A stretch of 64,000 nucleotides of DNA, from NCBI RefSeq assembly GCF_000006765.1, contig NC_002516.2; one strand, written 5' to 3'. A program made the translations under genes and the position numbers. The notes under the pieces are model-generated. The model made no database searches and was not told where the DNA came from. It was given only the letters and a program-made list of their open reading frames with translations. Positions 29,065 to 42,398 of this stretch are shown piece by piece (position 1 is the first letter of the stretch; each line of letters opens with the position of its first letter). Source of the DNA: Pseudomonas aeruginosa PAO1 (GTDB lineage Bacteria; Pseudomonadota; Gammaproteobacteria; Pseudomonadales; Pseudomonadaceae).

Positions 29065-29689
29065 AGCCTGTTCCTCGACTGTTCAGGCCCAGCAATTCCT
29101 GGGCGTATTGCTCCAGCGGGGGACGCAGCAGGTCTTCCGGGGTGGCGTCGTAGAACGTCAGGAAACCGCCGCGGCTGCGGATGGTCGCGCTGTCCACCAG
29201 GAAACGGGTGCTGGTCTCGATCAGCATGACCTGGATGACACTGCGATCGCGCCCGACCCGGCCGAGTTCCTCTTCGTCTTCCCACTCCTCCCAGTTGCCG
29301 ATCCTGTTGTCGCCCCGGGCGAAACGGCAGTACAGCAGGTAGTGAGCGCCGGCGGCACGCGCCTCGCGCATCGCGTCGTCCAGGCCGAGCGGCGCCTTGG
29401 CGCGGCGCACCAGCGGGAAATACTCGACGAAACCTTCGAAGGCCTGCTCGGCCACCACGTTCGGCCGCGCGTACCGGTAGCCCGGCGGCACGAACGGGCC
29501 CTGGCCGATGTAGATGAAGGAGTCGGCCTGGATCCGCCGGTTGTTGCTGCGCTGGCTGGCGCTGTGATCGAGCACCCCGGCGTCGCGCAGGTAGTAGTCG
29601 GCGCCGTCGGCCAGGTCGCTGGGCTTCATGCAGGCGGACAGGCTGCCCAGGAGGAGCATCGCCAGGGCGATACGGAACAGGTGCAACAT
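29057..29689 (-). CDS. Putative lipoprotein (DUF4823-like)
   Basis: Signal peptide with LSAC lipobox; GGAG RBS; 210 aa. Confidence 0.82.
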   Translation of the reverse strand: MLHLFRIALAMLLLGSLSACMKPSDLADGADYYLRDAGVLDHSASQRSNNRRIQADSFIYIGQGPFVPPGYRYARPNVVAEQAFEGFVEYFPLVRRAKAPLGLDDAMREARAAGAHYLLYCRFARGDNRIGNWEEWEDEEELGRVGRDRSVIQVMLIETSTRFLVDSATIRSRGGFLTFYDATPEDLLRPPLEQYAQELLGLNSRGTGYE

Positions 29690-29753
29690 CGGTCATCTCC
29701 CCTGCCGGCGTCGGAAAACCGGCGAATGACGAGCCGATGCAGCTTCCGCGCCA

Positions 29754-30650
29754 TCAAAGGCCACGCTGCCACTCCTGGCGCAGGGCAGCGTGCTGCGGCT
29801 GCTCGATGGCCTGGCGGACCTCGGCCAGCAGGCGCGCCTTGTCGGCACCCAGTTCGCCCTTGAGCACCAGATAGTTGGAAGCGTGGTCGCTGCGAAATAC
29901 CGTGTCTTCGAGCTCCAAACCCTGCAACAGGCGTTCGACCTCGACGAACAGGGCACGCCGATCCAGCGCCTCGAAATCGGCGAAGCCAGCACGGAAACGC
30001 TGCTCGCCGGTAGGGAAACTCACCACCAGGGTCGACAGGTACTCCGGCTGGGCGGCGTTCATCAGGCGCGCGGAGTTGTCCGCGTGCTGCGCGCTCAGGG
30101 TCATTCCGCCCAGACCGTTGAGGATCATCACCGAACGACTGATCCCCGCCTCGCCAAGCTTTTCCAGCGCATCCAGGGTAGAGGAATAGGTCTCGCCCTT
30201 GTTGACCCGCGCCAGCACTTCGTCGTCGCCGGACTCGGCGCCGACATAGGCCATTCGCAGCCCGGCGTCGGCCAGTTCGCGCAACTCGTCGACCGACTTC
30301 CTGCGCAGGTTGCGCGGCAGGCAGTAGCTGGATACCCGCTCCACCTCCGGCAAGTGCTCGCGAATCGCCTGCAGCACCGCGAGCAGCCGGCGGGTCGGCA
30401 ATACCAGGGCGTCGCCATCGGCGAGAAACACCCGCTTGACGATCAGGCGCTCGCCGCAGCGGCGGATCTCCTCCAGTACCTCGTTCTCGTCGCGGGCGCG
30501 AAATTTCTTTTGCGGCTGGGTATACATCTCGCAAAAGCCGCATTTGTTCCAGGAACAGCCATTGGTCACCGGGAGGATCAGCGAATGCGCCTCGCTCGGG
30601 GGCCGGAACACCGGTTCGATGTAGTGGATGGGGAATTCACGGACACTCAT
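29754..30650 (-). CDS. Radical SAM protein
   Basis: GCSWNKCGFCEMY cysteine triad, FLADGDAL, GAESGDD; 298 aa. Confidence 0.9.
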   Translation of the reverse strand: MSVREFPIHYIEPVFRPPSEAHSLILPVTNGCSWNKCGFCEMYTQPQKKFRARDENEVLEEIRRCGERLIVKRVFLADGDALVLPTRRLLAVLQAIREHLPEVERVSSYCLPRNLRRKSVDELRELADAGLRMAYVGAESGDDEVLARVNKGETYSSTLDALEKLGEAGISRSVMILNGLGGMTLSAQHADNSARLMNAAQPEYLSTLVVSFPTGEQRFRAGFADFEALDRRALFVEVERLLQGLELEDTVFRSDHASNYLVLKGELGADKARLLAEVRQAIEQPQHAALRQEWQRGL

Positions 30651-30799
30651 CGGAGAACTCCTGAACGAACGTGGAGCCACCGGCGGATTCGCCGGAAATG
30701 GGCAGCCGACGTCCCGCCGGCGGATCGATGGGCGACGAGTATATCCCTGCCGGCAAAGAGTGCGCGGGGCGCAGTGACTGCGTCCCGGCACCACAGGTA

Positions 30800-31438
30800 T
30801 CAGGCGCTGGGAGCGTCGCCTTCGCGCTTGCGCTTGTTGCCCATGCGCACGCCGATATCCATCAGGAAGTGGAAGAAACCTTCCTGGTCTTCCAGCACCT
30901 CGCGCCAGAACGGCGAGTGGTACAGCGCCACGGCGCCATGCACCAACGCCCAGGCAGCGCAATAATGGAAGTACGGCGGAACGTTCTCCAGCTTGCCGTC
31001 GGCGATACGCTCCTTGATCAGTTGGGTCAGGCGTTCGAAGTTGGAGGCGCGGATCTTGTGCAGCTCCTCGACCATCTCCGGCACCTGGCTGGTCTTCACC
31101 ACCTTCTCTTCCAGGCGGTCGAACAGGCGGTAGCGCTGCGGATCGCGCATGCGGAACTCGAAGTAGGCACGCGACAGGGCTTCCTTGTCGCGGGCTACGT
31201 CTTCGGAATGGAACAGGGCGGCGAGATCGCGCTCGTAGTCCAGCATCAGGCGCAGGTAGATCTCCGCCTTGGACTTGAAGTGCTTGTAGATCGTGCCTTT
31301 GCCGATGCCGACGGCATCCGCGATCATCTCGACCGTTACGCTGTCTTCCCCCTGTTCGAGGAACAGCTTGAGGGCGGTATCGAGAATCTCCTGTTCACGG
31401 CGACGAAATTCACGAACTTTGCGAGGCTCTTTCTGCAT
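30800..31438 (-). CDS. TetR-family transcriptional regulator
   Basis: TVEMIADAVGIGKGTIYKHF HTH; 212 aa. Confidence 0.92.
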   Translation of the reverse strand: MQKEPRKVREFRRREQEILDTALKLFLEQGEDSVTVEMIADAVGIGKGTIYKHFKSKAEIYLRLMLDYERDLAALFHSEDVARDKEALSRAYFEFRMRDPQRYRLFDRLEEKVVKTSQVPEMVEELHKIRASNFERLTQLIKERIADGKLENVPPYFHYCAAWALVHGAVALYHSPFWREVLEDQEGFFHFLMDIGVRMGNKRKREGDAPSA

Positions 31439-31523
31439 AAAAAGACTGTCAGGTCAAAATGAGTCAAAAATCGAAGCCGCGTATTATGCCTATTCAGCAC
31501 GAAAATGCACGGAACATCCGACG

Positions 31524-32657
31524 ATGAATTGTTACCAGGACGAATTCGACCAGACCAACGGTCTGCGCTACCTCAACCACGCAGCGGTCGCACCCTGGCC
31601 TAGACGCGCCGCCGACGCGGTGAGCGCCTTCGCCCGGGAGAACGTCGCCCACGGCGCCAGCGACTATCCGGAATGGCTGAAGATAGAACATCGCCTGCGC
31701 GAGCGCCTTGCCCGACTGCTCAATGCGCGCGCCGGCAGCGACCTCGCCCTGGTCAAGAACACCTCCGAGGCGCTTTCCTTCGTAGCCTTCGGCCTGGATT
31801 GGCGAGAGGGCGACCAGGTCGTCATCGGCAACGAGGAGTTCCCCTCCAATAGAGTGGTCTGGGAAGCCTTGCGCCCGCGCGGCGTCGAAGTGGTCGAGGT
31901 CGGTCTCGCCGGCGACGATCCCGAGAGCGCCCTGCTCGCCGCCTGCGGCCCGCGCACCCGCCTGCTGTCGATCAGCGCGGTGCAGTACGCCAGCGGCCTG
32001 CGCCTTGACCTGGAGCGCATCGGCGCGGGATGTCGCCGCCGCGGGGTGCTGTTCTGCATCGACGCGATCCAGCAGCTCGGCGCCCTGCCCTTCGACGTAC
32101 AGGCCTACGATTGTGCCTTCGCCATGGCCGATGGGTACAAGTGGATGCTCGGCCCCGAAGGGCTGGGCGTCTTCTATTGCCATCCCGAGCAGCGCGAGCG
32201 CCTGGCGCTGCACGAATATGGCTGGCACATGCTGGAACATGCCCTCGATTACGAGCGTCGCGACTGGCGGCCGGCGCGCAGCGCCCGGCGCTTCGAATGC
32301 GGCAGCCCGAACATGCTCGGCGCGATGGCCCTGGAGGCCAGCCTGGGGCTGTTGGAGGAGGTCGGCATGGAGCGGGTCGGCAGAGACATCGCCGAGCGCG
32401 TCCAGTGGCTACAGGACGGTCTGTCGGGAATTCCCGGGGTACGCCTGCACAGCCCGCGGAACCCGAGCCGACGCGCGGGCATCCTGACCTTCAGCCTGGA
32501 CGGCCAGGACAATCGGACACTCTTCGAAACGCTTCGCCAGGAACGGGTCATTTGCGCCCAGCGTGGCGGAGGTATCCGTTTTTCCCCGCACTTCTACACG
32601 AGTTCGACGGTGATCGACGATACCCTGGCGATCTTGCGCCAGGTCGCAGGCACCTAG
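31524..32657 (+). CDS. Class-V PLP-dependent enzyme (cysteine desulfurase/lyase-like)
   Basis: YLNHAA, KNTSEAL, DAIQ, DGYKWMLGPEG PLP lysine, IRFSPHFY; 377 aa. Confidence 0.9.
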   Translation: MNCYQDEFDQTNGLRYLNHAAVAPWPRRAADAVSAFARENVAHGASDYPEWLKIEHRLRERLARLLNARAGSDLALVKNTSEALSFVAFGLDWREGDQVVIGNEEFPSNRVVWEALRPRGVEVVEVGLAGDDPESALLAACGPRTRLLSISAVQYASGLRLDLERIGAGCRRRGVLFCIDAIQQLGALPFDVQAYDCAFAMADGYKWMLGPEGLGVFYCHPEQRERLALHEYGWHMLEHALDYERRDWRPARSARRFECGSPNMLGAMALEASLGLLEEVGMERVGRDIAERVQWLQDGLSGIPGVRLHSPRNPSRRAGILTFSLDGQDNRTLFETLRQERVICAQRGGGIRFSPHFYTSSTVIDDTLAILRQVAGT

Positions 32658-32744
32658 GTACTCAAGGACCGCAAGGGTATTCCAAATCTGTTTAAAAAAC
32701 CGCCAGCCCTGTCTGGACGCCCCACGAACATGACCAATACTGAA

Positions 32745-32868
32745 AGGTACTGGCGCGCGGTATCTCCCCCCAAGTACCCAGCCAGTGAAGGTACCGAGGA
32801 ATGCGTACCTTTGTTCCACTCCTAATGGTCTTGACCCGGATTCATCCCCCAGAACCCGGGTTTTTTTT
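32745..32868 (+). ncRNA. rgsA: RgsA (P16) small RNA; 5' end approximate
   Basis: Intergenic position between the PLP enzyme and tatD matches recalled PA2958.1. Hairpins ACTGGC/GCCAGT and AAGGTAC/GTACCTT, terminator ACCCGG..CCGGGT plus T8. Confidence 0.75.
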
Positions 32869-32882
32869 ATCCGTGCGCCGGC

Positions 32883-33659
32883 CTAGCGGGCCAACGGAAA
32901 CAGCCGATGGAAATTGGCGGTAGTCTGCTCCGCCAGGGTTTCCAGGCTGACGCCACGCAACGTCGCGAGGAATTCGGCGACATCGCGCACGTATTCCGGC
33001 AGGTTCGGCTTGCCGCGATGGGGAATCGGCGCCAGGTAGGGCGAGTCGGTCTCCACCAACAGCCGGTCGGCCGGTACCTGGCGAGCCACCTCGCGCAGGG
33101 CATCGGCATTGCGGAAGGTGACGATGCCGGACAGGGAAATGTAGAAGCCCAAGTCCAGCGCCGATCGCGCCATTTCCCAGTCCTCGGTGAAGCAATGCAG
33201 CACGCCGGCCTGCGGCAACGCCGCCTCGCGCAGCAGCGCCAGCGTGTCGGCGCGCGCCTCGCGGGTGTGCACGATCACTGGCTTGGCGGTGATCCGCGCG
33301 GCTTCCAGGTGCAGGCGAAACGCCTCCTGTTGCAACTCGGCGGCTTCCGGTTCGTAGTGGTAGTCGAGGCCGGTCTCGCCGATCGCCACCACCCGCGGAT
33401 GCGCCAGTTCGCCCAGCAGCCAGTCCAGCGCTGGCGCGCTTCCGGGCTCCAGGTCCAGCGGGTGTACGCCCACCGAACAGTGCACGTCGGCATAGCGCTC
33501 GGCCAGGGCCTTCACCGCCTGGGCATTGTCGGCGCTGACGCCGATGCAGAGGAATTGACCGACGCCACGCGCTCGCGCGGCATCCAGCGCCGCATCGAGC
33601 GAGCCGCCATGGGCGGCCAGGTCGAGGCGATCGAGGTGGCAGTGGGAATCGACCAGCAT
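32883..33659 (-). CDS. TatD family nuclease
   Basis: DSHCHL, AIGETGLDY, VLHCF, LLVETDSPYLAP. Confidence 0.94.
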   Translation of the reverse strand: MLVDSHCHLDRLDLAAHGGSLDAALDAARARGVGQFLCIGVSADNAQAVKALAERYADVHCSVGVHPLDLEPGSAPALDWLLGELAHPRVVAIGETGLDYHYEPEAAELQQEAFRLHLEAARITAKPVIVHTREARADTLALLREAALPQAGVLHCFTEDWEMARSALDLGFYISLSGIVTFRNADALREVARQVPADRLLVETDSPYLAPIPHRGKPNLPEYVRDVAEFLATLRGVSLETLAEQTTANFHRLFPLAR

Positions 33660-33673
33660 GATCCTGTCTAGCG

Positions 33674-34030
33674 TTACATCGTGTGGGTCGGCCGGTCCGA
33701 CTTCAGCGCCCCGGCCAGGTAGGTTTCGATCTTGTTGCGGGCGGTGTTGTCACCGTCGTTGAACTGCACGCCGATGCCAGCCGCACGGTTGCCCTGGGCG
33801 CCCTTCGGGGTGATCCAGACGACCTTGCCGGCCACCGGGATCTTCTCCGGCTCTTCCATCAGGTTGAGCAGCATGAAGACTTCGTCGCCGAGCTTGTAGT
33901 TCTTGTTGGTGGGAATGAACAGCCCGCCGTTCCTGATGAACGGCATGTAGGCGGCGTACAGCACGGACTTGTCCTTGATGGTCAAGGACAGGATGCCGTT
34001 ACGCGGCCCCAGATTGGGTGGCAAACTCAT
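33674..34030 (-). CDS. pilZ: Type IV pilus biogenesis protein PilZ
   Basis: YAAYMPFIRNGGLFIPT, KVVWITP; 118 aa. Confidence 0.95.
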   Translation of the reverse strand: MSLPPNLGPRNGILSLTIKDKSVLYAAYMPFIRNGGLFIPTNKNYKLGDEVFMLLNLMEEPEKIPVAGKVVWITPKGAQGNRAAGIGVQFNDGDNTARNKIETYLAGALKSDRPTHTM

Positions 34031-34063
34031 GCAGGTTCCTGCCAGTCGAATATCAGCGGGATT

Positions 34064-36753
<2,690 letters not shown>

Positions 36754-36758
36754 CAAAG

Positions 36759-37574
36759 TCAGAAATCCAGGTCGTCGCGAAGTTGGTCTTGCAGTTTACG
36801 GGTCAGCTCGCCGACCGGCCAGACGTGCTCGTCCAATGCCCGGACCGGCCAGATGCCGAACTGGCTGTTGCACAGAAAGACCTCGTCGGCCGTCGCCAGT
36901 TCAGCCATGGAAACATCCCGTATCGCCAGCGGGACGCCGATTCCTTCGGCGCGCTCGAGCAATTCCGCGCGCATCACTCCAGCGACGCCGCAGCGCCGCA
37001 GGTCAGGCGCCACGAGGGTGCCGTCGAGAACCAGCAGCAGGTTGCTGAACACGCCCTCCACTACCCGCTCGTGCACGTCCAGCATGAGCCCTTCGGCATG
37101 CCCGGCGTCGCTCCACTCGGCACGGGCGAGGACCTGCTCCAGGCGATTGAGGTGCTTGAGGCCGGCCAGCAGGGGCTGCTCGGCCAGGCGCGTGCGGCAA
37201 GCGAACAGGCGCACGCCTTGCTGCCAGTGGCGCTCGGGATAGGCCGGACGCGGCGATCCGGAGAGGATTCGCCGCGGCGAGGCCTCGGCAGGCGGCGCGT
37301 AGCCACGCAAACCCTCGCCGCGGGTGACGATCAGCTTGGCGACACCGTCGCCCAGAGCCGCGCAGAACGCCAGCAACTCCTGGCGCAACGCCGCGGTGTC
37401 GAGAGGGATCGCCAGGCGCCGACACCCCTCTTCCAGGCGCGCCAGGTGGCGCTCCAGGAGACGCGGCGTGCCGGCGCGCACCGCCAGGGTCTCGAACAGC
37501 CCGTCGCCATAGGCCAGTCCGCGATCGCGCACGGACAGCTCGGCGGCGGGCCGGCCGTCGACCCAGTCCAGCAT
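36759..37574 (-). CDS. pabC: 4-amino-4-deoxychorismate lyase
   Basis: DRGLAYGDGLFET, LKHLNRLEQV, EGVFSN, GVAGVMR. Confidence 0.94.
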   Translation of the reverse strand: MLDWVDGRPAAELSVRDRGLAYGDGLFETLAVRAGTPRLLERHLARLEEGCRRLAIPLDTAALRQELLAFCAALGDGVAKLIVTRGEGLRGYAPPAEASPRRILSGSPRPAYPERHWQQGVRLFACRTRLAEQPLLAGLKHLNRLEQVLARAEWSDAGHAEGLMLDVHERVVEGVFSNLLLVLDGTLVAPDLRRCGVAGVMRAELLERAEGIGVPLAIRDVSMAELATADEVFLCNSQFGIWPVRALDEHVWPVGELTRKLQDQLRDDLDF

Positions 37575-38818
37575 CAGTCGGCGAACCTGCGGAACACCAG
37601 GGTGCCGTTGGTCCCGCCGAAACCGAACGAGTTCGACAGGGCCACGTCGATCTTGCGCGGCTTGGCTTCATGGGCCACCAGGTCGAGGTCGCAACCTTCG
37701 TCCGGGTTGTCCAGGTTGATGGTCGGCGGGGCGACCTGGTCGCGCAGGGCCAGCACGCTGAAGATCGCCTCCACCGCACCGGCGGCACCTAACAGGTGGC
37801 CGGTCATCGACTTGGTCGAACTCATCGACAGCGCATGGGCATGCTCGCCGAACACGCTCTTCACCGCGGCGATCTCGGCGATGTCGCCGGCCGGGGTGGA
37901 GGTGCCATGGGCGTTGATGTAATCGACCTGACGAGGATCCAGGCCGGCATCGCGCAGCGCGTTCTTCATGCAGCGGGCGGCACCGGCGCCGTCTTCCGGC
38001 GGCGCGGTCATGTGGAAGGCGTCGCCGCTCATGCCGAAGCCAACCAGCTCGGCATAGATCCGCGCGCCGCGGGCACGGGCGTGCTCCAGTTCTTCGAGCA
38101 CCAGGGCGCCGGAACCGTCGGACAGGACGAAGCCGTCGCGATCCCGGTCCCACGGACGGCTGGCACGGGTCGGCTCGTCGTTGCGAGTGGAGAGCGCGCG
38201 AGCCGCGCCGAAACCACCCAGGCCGAGACCGCAGGCAGCCATTTCGGAACCGCCGGCGACCATCACGTCGGCCTCGCCATAGGCGATGTTGCGAGCAGCC
38301 ATGCCAATGCTGTGGGTACCGGTGGTGCAGGCGGTGGTGAGGGCGTAGTTGGGCCCCTGCAGACCCAGGTGGATCGACAGGAAGCCGGAAACCATGTTGA
38401 TGATCGAACCGGGCACGAAGAACGGCGAGATGCGCCGCGGCCCCTGCTCGAACAGGGATCGGCAGTTGTTCTCGATATTGGTCAGGCCGCCGATACCGGA
38501 ACCCATGGATACGCCGATACGCTCACGATTGGCGTCGGTGACCTCCAGGCCGGAATCGCGAACGGCCTGGAAGCTGGCGGCGAGACCGTACTGGATGAAC
38601 AGGTCGAGCTTGCGGGCTTCCTTGGCGGACAGGTATTCCTCGACATTGAAACCCTTGACCGAACCACCGAAGCGGGTGGAATAGGCGGACAGGTCCATAT
38701 GCTCGATCGGGGCGATCCCGCTGCGACCGGCGAGAATACCTTCCCAACTGCTCGGGACATCCAGGCCCAGCGGCGACAGCATGCCCATGCCAGTAATGAC
38801 GACGCGTCTACGCGACAC
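37574..38818 (-). CDS. fabF: 3-oxoacyl-ACP synthase II
   Basis: TACTTG catalytic Cys, [25 protein letters not shown]; GTG start. Confidence 0.96.
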   Translation of the reverse strand: MSRRRVVITGMGMLSPLGLDVPSSWEGILAGRSGIAPIEHMDLSAYSTRFGGSVKGFNVEEYLSAKEARKLDLFIQYGLAASFQAVRDSGLEVTDANRERIGVSMGSGIGGLTNIENNCRSLFEQGPRRISPFFVPGSIINMVSGFLSIHLGLQGPNYALTTACTTGTHSIGMAARNIAYGEADVMVAGGSEMAACGLGLGGFGAARALSTRNDEPTRASRPWDRDRDGFVLSDGSGALVLEELEHARARGARIYAELVGFGMSGDAFHMTAPPEDGAGAARCMKNALRDAGLDPRQVDYINAHGTSTPAGDIAEIAAVKSVFGEHAHALSMSSTKSMTGHLLGAAGAVEAIFSVLALRDQVAPPTINLDNPDEGCDLDLVAHEAKPRKIDVALSNSFGFGGTNGTLVFRRFAD

Positions 38819-38885
38819 TACGACTTCCTCTTTCTCATTTCACGGGGTTGCGCCGACAGACTACCAGAGTAGGTAAGGCGCTAAA

Positions 38886-38922
38886 GAAAAGCCGCACGCC
38901 CTTACAGGCTGTGCGGCTTTTC
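38886..38922 (-). terminator. Intrinsic terminator after acpP
   Basis: GAAAAGCCGCAC/GTGCGGCTTTTC 12-bp stem. Confidence 0.75.
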
Positions 38923-38946
38923 CACGTCGGAAAATCCGACGACTAC

Positions 38947-39183
38947 TTATTGCTGGTGAGCAACGATGTAGTCGATGGCTTCCTGAACGGTGGTGATCTT
39001 TTCAGCTTTCTCGTCAGGGATTTCGGTCTCGAATTCCTCTTCCAGAGCCATCACCAGCTCGACGGTGTCAAGGGAGTCGGCGCCCAGGTCTTCGACGAAG
39101 GAAGCGCTGTTGGTGACTTCTTCTTCCTTCACGCCGAGTTGTTCAGCGACGATCTTCTTAACGCGTTCTTCGATGGTGCTCAT
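38947..39183 (-). CDS. acpP: Acyl carrier protein
   Basis: [14 protein letters not shown] phosphopantetheine site; 78 aa. Confidence 0.98.
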   Translation of the reverse strand: MSTIEERVKKIVAEQLGVKEEEVTNSASFVEDLGADSLDTVELVMALEEEFETEIPDEKAEKITTVQEAIDYIVAHQQ

Positions 39184-39378
39184 ACCTTGTTTTCACTCCT
39201 ATGGAAAATCCGAGCAGCTGGGCTGCGGGTAAGTGTATAGAAAGGGTTTTCTGCTTTTCAAGCTGAACGCCTCACCTTCCCACGGCCACTTCGATAATTC
39301 TATCTAATAACCCGGCTGCAATTCCGCAACGAATTCTAGACAGCGCTTATGACAGACCCGAGAAAGGTAACGTCACAT

Positions 39379-40122
39379 TCAGCTCATGTACATCCCACCA
39401 TTGACCGGCACGGTGGCCCCGGTCACATAGGCTGCGCCGTCCGAAGCGAGGAAGCCGACCACCTTGGCGATCTCTTCCGCCTGCCCCAGGCGACCCAGCG
39501 GAATCTGGCCCAGCAGCGCTTCGCGCTGGGCTTCCGGCAGCTCGCGGGTCATGTCGGTGTCGATGAAGCCCGGCGCCACCGCATTCACGGTAATGGCACG
39601 CGAACCGACTTCCCGGGCCAGCGCACGGGTGAAGCCCTCCAGGCCGGCCTTCGCCGCGGCATAGTTGGTTTGCCCGGCATTGCCCATGGCGCCGACCACG
39701 GAACCGATGTTGATGATGCGCCCCCAGCGGGCCTTGGTCATACCGCGCAGAACGGCTTTCGACAGACGGTAGAGACTGTTCAGGTTGGTGTTGACCACAT
39801 CGAACCACTCGTCGTCTTTCATGCGCACCAGCAGATTATCGCGGGTGATGCCGGCGTTATTGACCACGATCAGCGGTTGGCCGAGATGCTGCTGGATGTG
39901 CTCCAGGGTCGCGGCTACGGATTCGTCGCTGGAAACGTCCAGGACCAGGCCCGCACCCTCGACGCCATTGGCCTTGAGGGTTTCGGCGATCTTCTCGGCG
40001 CCGGACGCGCTGGTCGCGGTGCCGATGACCACGGCACCCAGGCGCCCCAGTTCCAGCGCAATCGCCTGGCCGATGCCACGGCTGGCGCCGGTTACCAATG
40101 CGACCTTACCTTGCAGACTCAT
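39379..40122 (-). CDS. fabG: 3-oxoacyl-ACP reductase
   Basis: TGASRGIG, NNAGITRDN, YAAAK; 247 aa. Confidence 0.97.
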   Translation of the reverse strand: MSLQGKVALVTGASRGIGQAIALELGRLGAVVIGTATSASGAEKIAETLKANGVEGAGLVLDVSSDESVAATLEHIQQHLGQPLIVVNNAGITRDNLLVRMKDDEWFDVVNTNLNSLYRLSKAVLRGMTKARWGRIINIGSVVGAMGNAGQTNYAAAKAGLEGFTRALAREVGSRAITVNAVAPGFIDTDMTRELPEAQREALLGQIPLGRLGQAEEIAKVVGFLASDGAAYVTGATVPVNGGMYMS

Positions 40123-40144
40123 GGGATTCTCTCCTTTCTCTCTC

Positions 40145-41083
40145 TCAGGCCAGGGCGGCGCGCGTGGCGGCGAACGCCTCGACGCCATCCAGGCCATGGG
40201 TATTGATGCCCTTCGCGCAGCGCCTGTTGAGGCCTGCCAGGACCTTGCCCGGCCCGCACTCGACCAGCTCGGTGACGCCCTTTTCCGCCAGCAGCTGGAT
40301 GCTCTCCACCCAGCGAACCGGGCTGTACAGCTGTGCCAGCAGGTCGCGGCGCAGCGTATCGAGATCAGCCGGCACGGCGGCGCTGACGTTCTGCACCAGC
40401 GAAATCTTCGGCGCCTGCCACTGCAGGCTTTCGACCGAGGCGGCGAACTGCTCGGCGGCCGGACGCATCAGTTCGCAATGCGACGGCACGCTGACTGGCA
40501 ACGCCACCGCGCGCTTGGCGCCGCGTGCCTTGCATGCCTCGATGGCACGCTCAACGGCAGCCGCGGCACCGGCGATCACTACCTGCCCCGGCGCGTTGAA
40601 GTTGACCGCGCTGACCACCTCGCCCTGGGCCGCCTCGGCACAGGCCGCCAATACATCGGCGTCTTCCAGGCCAAGGATCGCGGCCATGCCGCCCTGCCCC
40701 GCCGGAACCGCCTGCTGCATCAGTTGGCCCCTACGCTCGACCAGCTTGACCGCATCGGCGAACGCCAGGCTTTCGGCCGCGACCAGCGCGGAATATTCGC
40801 CCAGGCTGTGCCCGGCGACGAACGCCGGGCGCGCACCGCCCTCGGCCAGCCAGAGGCGCCAGAGCGCGATCGAAACCGTAAGGATGGCCGGCTGGGTCTT
40901 GTCGGTCTGGTTCAGGCGCTCTTCAGGACCATTCTGGACCAGCGCCCAAAGGTCGTAACCGAGCGCCTCGGAGGCCTCGGCGAAGGTATCGCGCACCAGC
41001 GCCTGCTGGGCGCCCAGCTCGGCCAGCATGCCGAGGGATTGCGAACCCTGGCCAGGGAAGACGAATGCGAGGGATGCAGACAT
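40145..41083 (-). CDS. fabD: Malonyl-CoA:ACP transacylase
   Basis: FPGQGSQ, GHSLGEYS, SVPSHC; 312 aa. Confidence 0.97.
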   Translation of the reverse strand: MSASLAFVFPGQGSQSLGMLAELGAQQALVRDTFAEASEALGYDLWALVQNGPEERLNQTDKTQPAILTVSIALWRLWLAEGGARPAFVAGHSLGEYSALVAAESLAFADAVKLVERRGQLMQQAVPAGQGGMAAILGLEDADVLAACAEAAQGEVVSAVNFNAPGQVVIAGAAAAVERAIEACKARGAKRAVALPVSVPSHCELMRPAAEQFAASVESLQWQAPKISLVQNVSAAVPADLDTLRRDLLAQLYSPVRWVESIQLLAEKGVTELVECGPGKVLAGLNRRCAKGINTHGLDGVEAFAATRAALA

Positions 41084-41188
41084 TGAATAGGTCCCTTGTG
41101 GTCTTTTGCTCGTCGGAGATAACGCGCCAGCCGCGACTGGCGCAGGAAACTGAGTGTTGGATGGCTGCCTGGACCGCCCGGTCACACA

Positions 41189-42199
41189 TTAGAGCAGCAG
41201 ATGCTCGAGACGGCCATGCAATCGTTGCGGCAGGTTTTCCCGGACTTCCAGTGCCGCGCGACGCAAGGCGCTCTGGAAACCCTCCTCGGCGGCAGACCCA
41301 TGGCTTTTCACCACTATCCCCTGCAATCCGAGGAAACTGGCGCCGTTATAGCGTGCCGGAGCGATATCGCCGCGCAGCCGGCGCAGCAGCGGCAACGCCA
41401 GCGCACCGACCAGCTTCGCCGCCAGTCCATCGCGGAAGCGCTGTTCGATCCGCGCCGACACCATGGCAGCCAGGCCTTCGCTGGCCTTCAGCAGGATGTT
41501 GCCGACGAAACCGTCGCAGACCACCACGTCGGCCTCGCCGCGATACAGGCCATCGCCCTCTATGTATCCGCTGAAATTCAACCCCTGCGCCTTCTGCAAC
41601 AGACTCGCCGCCAGCTTGACCTGCTGGTTGCCCTTGATCTCCTCGGTCCCCACGTTGAGCAGGGCGACCCGGGGCGAGACGCAGCCCAAGGCCTCTGCCG
41701 CCACCGCGCCCATCACCGCGAACTGATAGAGATGCTCGGCACTGCAATCCACGTTGGCGCCGAGGTCGAGCAGATGACAATGCCCCTTCTCGGTCGGAAC
41801 CGCCGTCACCATCGCAGGGCGGTCGATACCGGGCAGGGTCTTCAGCAGGTGCCGCGACAGCGCCATCAACGCCCCGGTATTGCCGGCGCTGACGCACGCG
41901 TGCGCCCGGCCGTCGCGGACCAGCTCCAGCGCCACGCGCATGGAAGCGTCCGGCTTGCCACGCAAGGCCTGGGAGGGACGTTCGTCTGAACCTATCACTT
42001 CGCTGGCCGCATGCACACGCAGGCGCTGCCGGTCGAGCGACGGATAGCGGGAAAGGAGTTCTTCGAGGAGGGCAGGCTGACCGACGAGGATCAGTTGCGA
42101 AGAGGAATTCTCGGCCAGGAAGGCAATAGAGGCCGGAACAACGCAGTGGGGACCGAAGTCCCCACCCATTGCATCAATCGCGATGATTGGTGCGGACAA
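41189..42199 (-). CDS. plsX: Phosphate acyltransferase PlsX
   Basis: [32 protein letters not shown]; TTG start. Confidence 0.95.
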   Translation of the reverse strand: MSAPIIAIDAMGGDFGPHCVVPASIAFLAENSSSQLILVGQPALLEELLSRYPSLDRQRLRVHAASEVIGSDERPSQALRGKPDASMRVALELVRDGRAHACVSAGNTGALMALSRHLLKTLPGIDRPAMVTAVPTEKGHCHLLDLGANVDCSAEHLYQFAVMGAVAAEALGCVSPRVALLNVGTEEIKGNQQVKLAASLLQKAQGLNFSGYIEGDGLYRGEADVVVCDGFVGNILLKASEGLAAMVSARIEQRFRDGLAAKLVGALALPLLRRLRGDIAPARYNGASFLGLQGIVVKSHGSAAEEGFQSALRRAALEVRENLPQRLHGRLEHLLL

Positions 42200-42202
42200 G
42201 GA

Positions 42203-42385
42203 TTACTCGTCGGAGCCCTTGTCTACTACCTTACGGCCGCGATAGAAGCCGTCCGGGGATACGTGGTGGCGCAGGTGGACTTCACCGGTGCTCTTTTCCA
42301 CGGACAGAGCATTGGACTCGAGCGCATCGTGGGAACGACGCATGTCACGAGCGGAACGAGACTTTTTGTTCTGCTGAACAGCCAT
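42203..42385 (-). CDS. rpmF: 50S ribosomal protein L32
   Basis: [22 protein letters not shown]. Confidence 0.97.
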
Positions 42386-42398
42386 GATTGATTAACTC

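Noticed and set aside
32130-32145. Tyr in place of the common His before the PLP lysine (DGYKW)
   Set aside because: YKW variants occur in this subfamily, so it is not evidence of inactivation.
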